Positions 10,140 to 20,305 of a stretch of DNA of 64,000 nt are shown here, piece after piece (positions within the stretch are counted from its first letter, which is position 1; each line of letters starts with the position of its first letter). Origin of the DNA: an uncultured delta proteobacterium (GTDB lineage Bacteria > Desulfobacterota > Binatia > UBA9968). The notes under the pieces are model-generated. The model was not told where the DNA came from, made no database searches, and saw only the letters and a program-made list of their open reading frames with translations. Made by a program: the position numbers and the translations under genes. The stretch is taken from assembly GCA_963737905.1 (NCBI GenBank), contig CAVTUQ010000002.1:224001-288000 (forward strand), read 5' to 3'.

Positions 10140-11144
10140 TCAGCCGAACTGTCCGAGGCGCTCGATAACGTTGACGCAGCGGTTGGAATAGCCCCACTCG
10201 TTGTCGTACCAGGAGACCACGCGAGCGTAGCCGTCGCCCTTGGACTGAGTCACCAGCGAATCGAAGATTGACGAGTGCGGGTTGCCAATGATGTCGCTCG
10301 AGACCAGCGGCACCTCGGAGTACTCCAGCACGTTCTTGAGCGGGCCCTCGGCGTTGCGTCTTACCGCCTCGTTGATGGCTTCTTTGTCGGGATGCTTTTC
10401 GAGCTCCACGACGAGATCGACCACCGAGCCGTCGGACACCGGCACGCGTGCCGCGATGCCATCGAGCTTGCCCATGAGCTTGGGCAGCACGACACCCACC
10501 GCTCGGGCGGCGCCGGTGGTGGTCGGGATGATGTTTTCCGCCGCGGCACGGCTGCGCCGGAAGTCTTCGTGGGGCACGTCCGCCAGGCGCTGGTCGTTGG
10601 TATAGGCGTGCACCGTGGTCATGATGCCGTGCTTGATTCCGAAAGAATCGTCGAGCACCTTGGCCAAAGGCGCGAGGCAATTCGTGGTGCACGAGGCGTT
10701 GGACACCAGGCGGTGCTCGGGCTTGAGCTGGTCATCGTTGACGCCCATAACGACCATTTGATCGACATTGTCCTTGGGCGGCACGGTGAGGAGCACGCGC
10801 TTGGCGCCCGCAGCCAGATGCTTCTCGAGATCGGCGCGCGCGGTGAAGATTCCCGTCGACTCGATCACCACGTCGATGCCCAGCTCCTTCCATTTGGCCT
10901 CGGCCGGATTTCTGACGCTGGTCATGAGGATTTTCTTGCCGCCGACGTACAGCGCGTGGTCGTCGTGGGTGACGTCCTGCTTAAGGGTACCCATGATGGT
11001 GTCGTACTTGAGCAGATAGGCCAGCGCTTCGTTCTTGAAGATGTCGTTGATGCAGACCACTTCAATACTCGGATGGTCGCACAGGATACGGAAAACGCTC
11101 CGGCCGATGCGCCCGAAGCCATTGATGGCAACGCGAATGTTCAT
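10140..11144 (-). CDS. gap: Type I glyceraldehyde-3-phosphate dehydrogenase
   Basis: INGFGRIGR, intact catalytic SNASCTTNCL, TTVHAYT, WYDNEWGYS; ATG overlaps upstream stop (ATGA). Confidence 0.95.
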   Translation of the reverse strand: MNIRVAINGFGRIGRSVFRILCDHPSIEVVCINDIFKNEALAYLLKYDTIMGTLKQDVTHDDHALYVGGKKILMTSVRNPAEAKWKELGIDVVIESTGIFTARADLEKHLAAGAKRVLLTVPPKDNVDQMVVMGVNDDQLKPEHRLVSNASCTTNCLAPLAKVLDDSFGIKHGIMTTVHAYTNDQRLADVPHEDFRRSRAAAENIIPTTTGAARAVGVVLPKLMGKLDGIAARVPVSDGSVVDLVVELEKHPDKEAINEAVRRNAEGPLKNVLEYSEVPLVSSDIIGNPHSSIFDSLVTQSKGDGYARVVSWYDNEWGYSNRCVNVIERLGQFG

Positions 11145-12157
11145 TTGAGACCTCCATCGATTTGCGTCATACGCTCGATCAGATCGACGACGCGGTGGGC
11201 GTAGCCCCAGCCGTTGTCGTACCACGCGATGGTCTTCACCATATGCTCACCGAGCATGGTCGTCGCCAGGCTGTCATAGGTGCTCGAGTACGGGCTCATC
11301 TTGACATCGCTCGAAACGATCGGGTCCTGCGCGTACTCAACGTATTTCGCGAATTTGGCGGCGATGCCGGTACGCACGACTTCATTGACCGCTGTCTTGG
11401 TAATGGCCTCTTTGGTAAACATGGTCATGTCGACCAGCGAGCCATTCGGCACCGGCACGTTCAGCGCCATGCCGGTGATCTTGCCCTCGAGATGCGGCAT
11501 CATTTGCTCGAGCACCCGCGCCGCGTTGGTATCGGTGGGAATGATGTTCTCCGAGGCGGCGCGCGAGCGGCGTAAATCACCCGCCGGCACGTCCGCTAGT
11601 CGCTGATCGTTTGTGTAAGCGTGCACGGTAGTAAAAAACATCCGCTCGATGCCGAAGGCGCTGTCGATGATCGAGATGATTGGAGCGGCGCAGTGGGCGG
11701 TGATCGAGCCATTGGAGATGATGCGATGCTCAGCCTTGAGCTGTTTGTCGTTGACCCCCATCACCACGGTGATATCAGGCTCATCGACCGGCGGCACGCA
11801 CAGGATGACGCGTTTGGCACCGGCGTCGAGGTGCTTCTTCAGCTCGGAGCGGCTGCGGTAACGCGCCGTCGCTTCGACCACCACGTCGACACCCAGCTCG
11901 CCCCACTTGACGTCGCCGGGTTCGCGGCCGGAGAGCATCTTCACCTGCCGGCCATACGTGTACAGCGCGCCTTCGCTGACCGATACCACGTCGGGAAAGC
12001 GCCCCATGATCGTGTCGTACTTGACCAAGTACTCCAGGTTCTTGTGATCAGCGACGTCGCTCACCGCCGTTACTTGGATATCGTCCCGCTTATACAGGAT
12101 GCGGAACAAGTTGCGGCCGATGCGGCCGAAGCCCATCAAACCCACCTTTGTAGTCAT
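11141..12157 (-). CDS. GAPDH paralog lacking the catalytic cysteine
   Basis: GLMGFGRIGR, TTVHAYT, WYDNGWGY retained, but active site reads SNGSITAHC; GAGGAG RBS before ATG 12157. Confidence 0.9.
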   Translation of the reverse strand: MTTKVGLMGFGRIGRNLFRILYKRDDIQVTAVSDVADHKNLEYLVKYDTIMGRFPDVVSVSEGALYTYGRQVKMLSGREPGDVKWGELGVDVVVEATARYRSRSELKKHLDAGAKRVILCVPPVDEPDITVVMGVNDKQLKAEHRIISNGSITAHCAAPIISIIDSAFGIERMFFTTVHAYTNDQRLADVPAGDLRRSRAASENIIPTDTNAARVLEQMMPHLEGKITGMALNVPVPNGSLVDMTMFTKEAITKTAVNEVVRTGIAAKFAKYVEYAQDPIVSSDVKMSPYSSTYDSLATTMLGEHMVKTIAWYDNGWGYAHRVVDLIERMTQIDGGLK

Positions 12158-12446
12158 TAGCTCCTCTGCTTTTTCTTGGCCCGTCCGGGTCCCGGTATGT
12201 TTTCCGAACTGCCTGCTTGATCGTAGCCGATCAGGGATTAGTGCCGTCAGCAAGTTTCTAGATGATCGCGGGTCTTGTAGGGTGATAAGATTTTCAGGTC
12301 AGACCGGCGCCGGACAGGCTGGACCCGGATCAACTTCCCTAAATACAACTATCCGACAAAGTGCTGTAAGTCAATTCAGAAACAAGGATTGTAATGATTG
12401 TTATCTCAGACACTAATCGGCCTGTAGATGCTGAGCCACAGATAAA

Positions 12447-13358
12447 TCAATCGGTCGCGCTGCCGCGCATAACGAGTACAGGATCGCCTGAATGGCGCAC
12501 CACCTTCTCAGTAACGCTGCCGAGCCCCCAACGCTTCACCCCTGACCTGCCATGCGTGCACATCGTGATCAGCGGGTTAGGGCTTTTACGCGCATAATCT
12601 ATAATTTCATTCGGACCCAGGCCTTCGATTACGACCGACGATACTGTCTGGACTCCCTCGGCCTTGATCGCTTCAATCCTCTTGTCGAGATAATCTTGGG
12701 CCTGTTCTTTGACACGATTTTTAAGTTCTTCGTAGTTAGGAAGGTAATTCTCCCTTCCATAGTAAGCCGACGCAGGCAAATCATACGCTCTGAATAAAAC
12801 CATTCCAATATTGAACAATCGGGCGAATTTCACTGCGGTCGGCAGGACGGACTCCGCCAGTTCGGAACCGTCGAGTGGAACAATGATAGATCTAAGAACT
12901 GCTTCCCCTTCGGTCGGCGCTTCTTCGTTAGCTCTTACTAAAAGCAACGGGTTGGTTGTAGCACGCAAGACTTTCTCCGCAATGCTCCCTAATAGCCAGC
13001 GGCTCATCCCCGATCGCCCGTGCGTGGCCATGGCGATGAGTGTGGTCTTGTCCGCTGCAGCTTTCTCGATGATCATGTCTTCAGGCCTGCCCCTTTCAAC
13101 TGTGCATCTGACGTTGACATCAGAAAAACTGCTTGCAATCTTTTTCAGGTATTGCTCGCTGCTGCATTCGCCTTCAATGATGACCGTGTCTAGGCGACGA
13201 GCTTTCTCTGCAGCAACATGGCTCGCCATCCCGGCAATATAGAGGACTTCCATGAGCTCCACAGGAATCTGAAAAACCCTTGCCAAGATGCGCCCATAGG
13301 GCAAAACATTTTCTGCCGTTTTCGAACCATCCAGCGGTATCAGCATCCGAGTGTACAT
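12447..13358 (-). CDS. Universal stress protein with two Usp domains
   Basis: Two copies of IxPLDGSxxAExVLP and MxTHGRSGxxRWxLGS(I/V)xEKV. Confidence 0.93.
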   Translation of the reverse strand: MYTRMLIPLDGSKTAENVLPYGRILARVFQIPVELMEVLYIAGMASHVAAEKARRLDTVIIEGECSSEQYLKKIASSFSDVNVRCTVERGRPEDMIIEKAAADKTTLIAMATHGRSGMSRWLLGSIAEKVLRATTNPLLLVRANEEAPTEGEAVLRSIIVPLDGSELAESVLPTAVKFARLFNIGMVLFRAYDLPASAYYGRENYLPNYEELKNRVKEQAQDYLDKRIEAIKAEGVQTVSSVVIEGLGPNEIIDYARKSPNPLITMCTHGRSGVKRWGLGSVTEKVVRHSGDPVLVMRGSATD

Positions 13359-13482
13359 CTTCTCCTCCTCGTGAGTTGTTCCCGCCAAGAACTCTCCCGC
13401 GCGTCAATCGATTCTGACTTTGGCCTTCGCTTCTTCGGTCGTGAGTAATCTTACCTCCAAGATACCGTTTTTGAAACTTCCT

Positions 13483-13707
13483 TTACCTTCTCACTATGAA
13501 CCTCCTTAGGCAAATCAAGGAAGCGCTGATCGGGGCGAAGAGCTCACCTGGTTTCCGAATAACCTGATAGATCCAGTTGAGCCCGAAGAATCCGCCGATC
13601 GCCAGAAGGCCGTACCAGGCAATGGCTTTCTGCCAGCGGGACCGGGAGACCCTTCTGGACCTTTGCCGAAAATATCGCAGCCGGCCGCTATAGACGATCG
13701 CCGTCAC
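13483..13707 (-). pseudogene. Probable truncated N-terminus of a membrane-anchored (SLT transglycosylase-like) protein
   Basis: TM helix followed by NWIYQVIRKPGELFAPIS, recalled from SLT-domain proteins; ORF ends abruptly. Confidence 0.35.
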
Positions 13708-14086
13708 GTCAAACCATCAACCTCTCTCGGTCGTTCTGGACGAAGGCAGTACTTTCTTAACCTGAATGTCAATTAGCGGAAACAATCGCTGAATAACGAA
13801 AAGCTAGCCAAGCCTTTAGATTGCGCTGTCGATGGACCGCAAAATACAAGACCCTCGGAGCGGAGTTAAAGGCAGGTTGCCGCCCCAACCCAACGGCGAT
13901 GACATCGGCGTCTGAACCCGTCAACTGTTTACAGGCGCATTGAGAAAGATACGCAAGATTAGAAAGCACGACCCCATTCAACTTCCCGCAACCATGAGCG
14001 CAACATTGACAGATGAGGAAGCTTAACACCGGTGCTTTTCGCTATTGAAGTTGATAGAACGAAGATTGGCCCGTCCGAGCAGGCAG

Positions 14087-14704
14087 ATGAAACCCGCGCA
14101 CTTCTCCATGCTACGCGCCTATCGTGCCGCCGATTTTTTCACTCTGGCTAACGGCGCGGCGGGAACCGGATCGATTTTCGCCGTCATAAGCTACGTGGAA
14201 GCGCCCGACCGCTGGCGGATCTACCTGGCTCTCTGCTTGGTGCCGCTTGCGCTATTGTTGGACATCGCCGATGGGCGAATCGCCCGGCGGCTGAACGAAC
14301 ATTCGCTCTTTGGCGGCGAGCTCGACTCTCTCGCGGATATCGTGAGCTTCGGCGTAGCGCCCGCGGTGCTCGCCTATGGGTTGGGGATGCGCGGCGGTCT
14401 CGACGTGGCTATCCTGTTGATTTTTGTGGCGTGCGGGATCAGCCGCCTGGCGCGTTATAACATTACCGCCGCCGAGATCGCCGCAGCCGGTGATAAGGTA
14501 AAATATTTTGAGGGAGCGCCGATTCCCTCGAGTTTGCTACTCGTTGCCGTGCTCGCCTTCTGCTTCCATCTGGATCTTGTCGCTGACAACTTTCCGCTTG
14601 GCGTGCTCGAAATCGCGTCCCTCCGCTGGCACCCAATCTCTTTACTTTATCTCGTGAGCGGCTCGGCCATGATCAGCAAGACGCTGCGGATTCCGAAGTT
14701 ATGA
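14087..14704 (+). CDS. pssA: CDP-diacylglycerol--serine O-phosphatidyltransferase-like (CDP-alcohol phosphatidyltransferase), copy 1
   Basis: DIADGRIARR...GGELDSLADIVSFGVAP, SRLARYN, YFEGAPIP; alternative TTG start 14045. Confidence 0.85.
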   Translation: MKPAHFSMLRAYRAADFFTLANGAAGTGSIFAVISYVEAPDRWRIYLALCLVPLALLLDIADGRIARRLNEHSLFGGELDSLADIVSFGVAPAVLAYGLGMRGGLDVAILLIFVACGISRLARYNITAAEIAAAGDKVKYFEGAPIPSSLLLVAVLAFCFHLDLVADNFPLGVLEIASLRWHPISLLYLVSGSAMISKTLRIPKL

Positions 14705-14822
14705 GCTGAGCAGTCAAAACTCGATCACCTGAATCCCGCGACCAGGACATAGGCGCGTGATTCTGAAAGATACGCAAGATTAGGAAGCCCGATCATCCCC
14801 CTGCCTTGATGAACTATGGCCT

Positions 14823-15150
14823 GCTTCAGACGAACTGTCCGAGGCGCTCGATAACCGTTGGAATAGCCCCACTTACTTGATGTCGTCCCGCTTATACAGG
14901 ATGCAGAACAAGTTGCGGCCGATCCGGCCAAAGCCCATCAAACCCACCTTTGTAGTCATTAAGTCCTATGCTTTTTCTTGACCTGTTCGGGTCCCGGTAA
15001 ATTTTTCCGAACTGACTGCCTGGCCGCAGCCGATCGAGGGATTAGTGCCGTCAGCAAGTTTCTAAGAGGATCGCGGGCTTGTAGGGGTGGTAAGATTTTT
15101 CACCAAACCGGCGTCGGACAGAGCAGTTGGACCCGGATCAATTTTCTAAG
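14823..15150 (-). pseudogene. Internally deleted relic of the gap operon, copy 1
   Basis: Matches 10137-10198 (3' end of gap) joined at ~14873 to 12070-12340 (5' end and upstream region of the Cys-less paralog). Confidence 0.9.
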
Positions 15151-15238
15151 TGTTTAAGTGGATTGCTCTCTACCTTAACACCGGTGCTTTTCGCTATTGA
15201 AGTTGATAGAAGGAAGATTGGCCCGTCCGAGCAGGCAA

Positions 15239-15856
15239 ATGAAACCCGCGCACTTCTCCATGCTACGCGCCTATCGTGCCGCCGATTTTTTCACTCTGGC
15301 TAACGGCGCGGCGGGAACCGGATCGATTTTCGCCGTCATAAGCTACGTGGAAGCGCCCGACCGCTGGCGGATCTACCTGGCTCTCTGCTTGGTGCCGCTT
15401 GCGCTATTGTTGGACATCGCCGATGGGCGAATCGCCCGGCGGCTGAACGAACATTCGCTCTTTGGCGGCGAGCTCGACTCTCTCGCGGATATCGTGAGCT
15501 TCGGCGTAGCGCCCGCGGTGCTCGCCTATGGGTTGGGGATGCGCGGCGGTCTCGACGTGGCTATCCTGTTGATTTTTGTGGCGTGCGGGATCAGCCGCCT
15601 GGCGCGTTATAACATTACCGCCGCCGAGATCGCCGCAGCCGGTGATAAGGTAAAATATTTTGAGGGAGCGCCGATTCCCTCGAGTTTGCTACTCGTTGCC
15701 GTGCTCGCCTTCTGCTTCCATCTGGATCTTGTCGCTGACAACTTTCCGCTTGGCGTGCTCGAAATCGCGTCCCTCCGCTGGCACCCAATCTCTTTACTTT
15801 ATCTCGTCAGCGGCTCGGCCATGATCAGCAAGACGCTGCGGATTCCGAAGTTATGA
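15239..15856 (+). CDS. pssA: CDP-alcohol phosphatidyltransferase (PssA-like), copy 2
   Basis: Protein identical to copy 1 from the ATG; alternative TTG start 15197. Confidence 0.85.
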   Translation: MKPAHFSMLRAYRAADFFTLANGAAGTGSIFAVISYVEAPDRWRIYLALCLVPLALLLDIADGRIARRLNEHSLFGGELDSLADIVSFGVAPAVLAYGLGMRGGLDVAILLIFVACGISRLARYNITAAEIAAAGDKVKYFEGAPIPSSLLLVAVLAFCFHLDLVADNFPLGVLEIASLRWHPISLLYLVSGSAMISKTLRIPKL

Positions 15857-15974
15857 GTTGAGCAGTCAAAACACGAGCACCTGAATCCCGCGACCAGGAC
15901 ATAGGCGCGTGATTCTGAAAGATAAGCAAGATTAGGAAGCCCGATCATCCCCCTACCTTGATGAACTATGGCCT

Positions 15975-16249
15975 GCTTCAGACGAACTGTCCGAGGCGCT
16001 CGATAACCGTTGGAATAGCCCCACTTACTTGATGTCGTCCCGCTTGTACAGGATGCGAGAACAAGTTGCGACCGATGCGGCCGAAGCCCATCAAACCCAC
16101 CTTTGTGGTCATTAAGTCCTATGCCTTTTTTTTGGCCTGTTCGGGTCCCAGTAAGTTTTTCTGAACTGACTGCCTGGCCGCAGCCGATCGAGGGATTAGT
16201 GCCGTCAGCAAGTTTCTAATAGGATCGCGGGCTTGTAAGGGGTAATAAG
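15975..16249 (-). pseudogene. Internally deleted relic of the gap operon, copy 2
   Basis: Same junction GAATAGCCCCACT|TACTTGATGTCG as copy 1. Confidence 0.88.
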
Positions 16250-16592
16250 TGGCCGCCCGCGTGAATAACATGACGATGGCGTTAGGAACGTTTGTCCCGA
16301 CGGGAAGCCTCCCTACATTGTGCCACCGCCGTTTGCTTTTCCGGTCAACTAAACATTTCAAGCTTCTACCCAAACTAGGCTTGTCTTCTCTATCCCAGAA
16401 ACCGAAGATTCTCGGCTCAACGTTGGAATTGCCACTTTACTCTAACCTATCATTTTCTCCATATCTGTCATCATGGAAACGTTCGTGCATGGATTGGCGC
16501 TATCGATCGAATTTTAGTTTACCGTGTCGACAGCAGCTATACATGTGCCATGATTGGGTAGGAGCTTCGTTCGAACGGATGGAGGGAATATC

Positions 16593-17474
16593 ATGGCAAC
16601 CAACATACCTGTAGAGGTGATCAAGAAGCAGAACTGGTTAGAGCCGATTGCAGATCGCTTGCAGCCCACTGTAGCGGCAGCACTTGCCGCTGACGGGCCC
16701 ATCGGACCCAAGGTTGCAAATATTCTGCATGGAACGTGGTTGGGACATCCGTTACACGTAGTATTGACAGATGTGCCGCTCGGTTCCTGGACTACGGCGG
16801 CTGTTCTCGACGTCCTCGAGGAAAGGACCGGAAACAGGGCCATCGGCCGAGGAGCGGACGCCGCAATCGCGGTAGGTCTGGTTGGAGCAGCGGGATCAGC
16901 GATCACCGGATTGGCGGATTGGTCCAGGATCGGCGGCGGCCAGACTCGCCGCATCGGTCTGTCGCACGGATTGCTCAATGCTACCGCCACAGCCTGCTAC
17001 ATGACATCACTATTTCTTAGGCGTGCTCACTCCCGAAGCGCCGGCCGGAGATTTGCTTTGCTCGGTTTAATCGTTTCGAGCGTCGCAGCCTATTTAGGTG
17101 GACATTTAGTGTACAAGGAAAAACTCGGCGTCGATCATACGGCCGACTACTCACCGCCGGAGAATTTTGTTCCGGTCTTGGCCGAGGCTGAACTGCATGA
17201 GAATCAATTGCGGCGCGTAAACGCCAATGGCATGCCCGTCCTGCTCGTGCGAAAGAGCCAGCGCATATATGCCATCGCCGAAACCTGTGCTCACCTGGGC
17301 GGGCCTCTCTCGGAGGGAAAGTTAGAAGATACTACGGTTAGGTGCCCCTGGCATGGGTCGCGTTTTTCGCTCGAAGATGGGAGCGTTGTCGATGGTCCAT
17401 CGGTGCACGCGCAGCCGGTATTGGAGGTTCGAGTACGCGATGGTCAAATCGAAGTGCGCAGAGGGGATCTCTAA
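16593..17474 (+). CDS. DUF2231-like membrane domain fused to a Rieske 2Fe-2S domain
   Basis: GTWLGHPLHVVLTDVPLG, TGLADW, HGLLN, YLGGHLVY; Rieske CAHLGG...CPWHGS. Confidence 0.9.
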   Translation: MATNIPVEVIKKQNWLEPIADRLQPTVAAALAADGPIGPKVANILHGTWLGHPLHVVLTDVPLGSWTTAAVLDVLEERTGNRAIGRGADAAIAVGLVGAAGSAITGLADWSRIGGGQTRRIGLSHGLLNATATACYMTSLFLRRAHSRSAGRRFALLGLIVSSVAAYLGGHLVYKEKLGVDHTADYSPPENFVPVLAEAELHENQLRRVNANGMPVLLVRKSQRIYAIAETCAHLGGPLSEGKLEDTTVRCPWHGSRFSLEDGSVVDGPSVHAQPVLEVRVRDGQIEVRRGDL

Positions 17475-17593
17475 CTCTTTGATGAAATCTAGCAGTCTCC
17501 GCCAAAGGGCGGACGAGTCGTTCGAATCCGTTCAATTCAAAGCTATCGGGCCATCTCCCTCGTTCCCCGGGTCTTGGTATGCTAAATTTAGAC

Positions 17594-18016
17594 ATGGCCC
17601 TCAATATCGTTTCACCGGCAAAAGAGAAATCCCTCATAGAGCGCATGCAGGCTTTGGGTGTTCGGGAACAGGACATCGAGGAACAGTTTGTTCGCTCTTC
17701 GGGAGCCGGCGGTCAGAATGTCAATAAAGTCTCCACCTGTGTAGTGCTCCACCACCGGCCCACGGGCATTCGAGTGAAGTGCCAAAGAGAGCGCTCTCAA
17801 GCTCTCAATCGCTTTTTGGCTCGCAGAATCCTGTTGGATAAGGTCGAGGCGAAGCTAACCGGGGCCCGCACGGCGGCAGAGCAAGAGATAGCCAGGATCC
17901 GCCGCCAGAAAAGAAAGCGCTCACAGCGCGCCAAGCTCAAACTGCTCGCCGATAAGCGCCACCGCACGGAGAAGAAATCCCAGCGAGCCGCCGTGCATCC
18001 CAACCACGACGATTAA
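17594..18016 (+). CDS. Short GGQ peptidyl-tRNA hydrolase (release-factor-like, ArfB/C12orf65-type ribosome rescue)
   Basis: [26 protein letters not shown], basic C-terminal tail. Confidence 0.88.
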   Translation: MALNIVSPAKEKSLIERMQALGVREQDIEEQFVRSSGAGGQNVNKVSTCVVLHHRPTGIRVKCQRERSQALNRFLARRILLDKVEAKLTGARTAAEQEIARIRRQKRKRSQRAKLKLLADKRHRTEKKSQRAAVHPNHDD

Positions 18017-18272
18017 AGCGCTACGGCTGCCGGCAGTTCAAATCTATTTTCCAGTCGATTCGATACTCTCGCAGTCGTCGCCAGAGCTCTTTGCTATCTC
18101 CTCGGCTTTTATTGTAAAGGGAATTTGACCCACTTGTTAATTTCAATACGGTAGTGAAGGAAACATCAGTGAAGCGAGCATTCCTTTTTAGTGTGAGTAT
18201 CATCTTGCTCCTTCACTTCGTCGCGAGCGGAGCGGGGCGAGCGGGTGAGTCTAGACCTACCTGGCAAGTTGA

Positions 18273-18506
18273 GTGGGACAAAACTCCGCCCACTTAAATT
18301 TCCTCCATAAAATATTCAAGCCCGACGCGCGCAGGGAGTTTCTGAGGCACGAAGATCATTCTCCCACTTTCGAAATCGACGAGATGGGCTTCGGCTTTCG
18401 GGTCGCCGCCATCAGGAAAATCGGACCCGACAAGAGTTACGTTCGCATCTCTCAATTTGTCATGCCGTTTATCGGCTGTGTTCCGGTCGGCCGCAATGAG
18501 GGTTAA
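18273..18506 (+). pseudogene. Fragment of Rieske aromatic oxygenase catalytic domain (phthalate dioxygenase-like)
   Basis: AHLNFLH iron-binding-like motif and GFRVAAIR...YVRISQFVMPF; no Rieske domain or proper start. Confidence 0.55.
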
Positions 18507-18558
18507 CTGTCACAATCCGCTGAGCTCTCAGCACGAACTGTCGACGTGGCATTGGTCT

Positions 18559-20076
18559 TTAACTATGCGCCTTGATGAAATCCGCCGCGCGCTCGCCGAT
18601 CATCATGCAGGTCAAATTGGTGTTCGCATGGGCGACCGTCGGCATGATCGAGGCATCGGCGACCCAGAGATTTTCCATTCCATGTACGGCGAGTTTTTGA
18701 TCGACGACCGATCTGGGATCGGAAGCGGGGCCCATTTTGCAAGTGCCGACGCCATGATAGTAGCTCGAGTAGCTTGAGCGCGCGAATTTTTCCCAGTCTT
18801 CATCCGGACCGGGGGATATTAACTCGCCGCAGAATTGGCTCAGGGGCTCGGTATCCATGAGCCTTTGGACGAACCTCATCGCGGCGACCATGCGCCGGAT
18901 ATCTTTAGGGTGCTCTAGCACCTGCGGATCGATCAATGGCAAATCCACCGGATCAGCGCTCGCAAGGGATAAGCGGCCGCGGTTGGTTTGTTCCAAGAGA
19001 TTGCACGAGAAGCCGGTCATGTCGCCCACGCCGGCAATCTGGGTGACCTCCCGCGGGATGATGTGAAAGTCGATAGTGTCGCGCGCCGGATCGCTTTTGT
19101 AGTAGATCTTCAACGTCGAGCGCCCGCGCAATTGAAACTTGGCGTCGTTGTTTTTCGCTTTTGCGGTGACCGTGACCATCGGATGGTCCTGGTAGTTTTG
19201 GCCGATGCCTTCGAGTGCATGGATGACAGGTATGCCATGGCGCGCGAGTTCCGCGCGCGGGCCGATGCCCGACAGCATGAGGATTTGCGGTGAATGATAA
19301 ACCCCGGCGCTGAGCACGACCTTGTCTGCCATGGCCGTGCATTCTTGACCGGCTTTGCGGTAACGCAATCCACGAGCCTTGTTGCCGTTGAGAATCACAG
19401 ACGTCACCTGAGCTTCGTCGATAATCGTCAGATTAGTCCGCTCTCGCGCGGGTTCGAGATAAACTAGCGCGGCAGATTGGCGCCTGCCGTTTTTGATATT
19501 GCTCGCGCGCGGGGCGACACCGTAGGGGTTGGGAATGTTTTGATCTTCGAAGCGCGGAATACCGAGTTTCGTCAATGCCTCCAACATCGCTTGCTCTTGA
19601 GCGCTGATGGGTGCGTCGAACAGATGTTTACGTTTGACGTAAATGGGGCCGGAGTTGCCGTGGATCGGACTGTTGGGGAAATCTTGATCGGACTCCATCC
19701 GGATCAGCACCGGCAAAACTCTGTCCCAAGTCCATTCTGGGTTGCTCTCCGCCGCCCAGGTGTCGAGGTCGGCCTTGATCGGCCGCGGGATTGCCATCAT
19801 GTTGACCGATGAACCGCCGCCGCTGATCCGGCCCGCCAGAGAATAAAATTCGCTGCCGTCGAAATTGCGTCTGGTCGGATACATCATGATGTACGGGCTT
19901 TGAAGCAGAAGCTGGTTGCTCTTCTCCGCGTCCAACACGGTTTCCGGAATCGGCTGCGGATCAGGTCCGGCTTCGAGCAGCAGGACCTTGCGCTTGGGGT
20001 CTTCCGACAACCGAGCTGCGATCACGCAACCCGACGAACCCCCACCGGCGACGATGACATCGTAATGATCAGCCAT
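18559..20076 (-). CDS. GMC-family oxidoreductase (choline dehydrogenase-like)
   Basis: GGGSSG FAD motif, GGGSSVN, SPQILMLSGIGP, YHGVGTCKMG, VADASIMP, ANTNLTCMMIGER. Confidence 0.93.
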   Translation of the reverse strand: MADHYDVIVAGGGSSGCVIAARLSEDPKRKVLLLEAGPDPQPIPETVLDAEKSNQLLLQSPYIMMYPTRRNFDGSEFYSLAGRISGGGSSVNMMAIPRPIKADLDTWAAESNPEWTWDRVLPVLIRMESDQDFPNSPIHGNSGPIYVKRKHLFDAPISAQEQAMLEALTKLGIPRFEDQNIPNPYGVAPRASNIKNGRRQSAALVYLEPARERTNLTIIDEAQVTSVILNGNKARGLRYRKAGQECTAMADKVVLSAGVYHSPQILMLSGIGPRAELARHGIPVIHALEGIGQNYQDHPMVTVTAKAKNNDAKFQLRGRSTLKIYYKSDPARDTIDFHIIPREVTQIAGVGDMTGFSCNLLEQTNRGRLSLASADPVDLPLIDPQVLEHPKDIRRMVAAMRFVQRLMDTEPLSQFCGELISPGPDEDWEKFARSSYSSYYHGVGTCKMGPASDPRSVVDQKLAVHGMENLWVADASIMPTVAHANTNLTCMMIGERAADFIKAHS

Positions 20077-20207
20077 TGAAATCTCCGATAGATTTTAACG
20101 CATAGCGTGTTTAAAATGACTTCAAGGAATTTCTCCCGCTAAGCACGTCCTGAGCAAAGTCGAAGGGGCGCCAAAAGCGCAAGGTACGAGTGCTATAGTG
20201 AAAGGTT

Positions 20208-20245
20208 CCCTCTCCCTTTTGTGGGAGAGGGTTAGGGTGAGGGGT
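20208..20245. repeat. REP-like hairpin CCCTCTCCC..GGGAGAGGG-TTAGGGTGAGGGG
   Basis: 9-bp perfect stem followed by GGGTGAGGGG tail, intergenic. Confidence 0.6.
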
Positions 20246-20305
20246 AGTAACAGGCGTATTACGACATTACACTCGTGGCGCTGAATCTCAGAGTCTTATG
20301 ACCAA

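Larger units (their letters stand above)
14022..16249 (+). repeat. Tandem direct duplication, period 1152 bp (units start 14022 and 15174)
   Basis: CTTAACACCGGTGCTTTTCGCTATTGAAG starts both units; pssA copies offset by exactly 1152. Confidence 0.95.

Noticed and set aside
9874-10692. N-terminal extension making a 490-aa ORF
   Set aside because: Overlaps gap out of frame; the real start is the ATG at 9873 with a GGAGG RBS.
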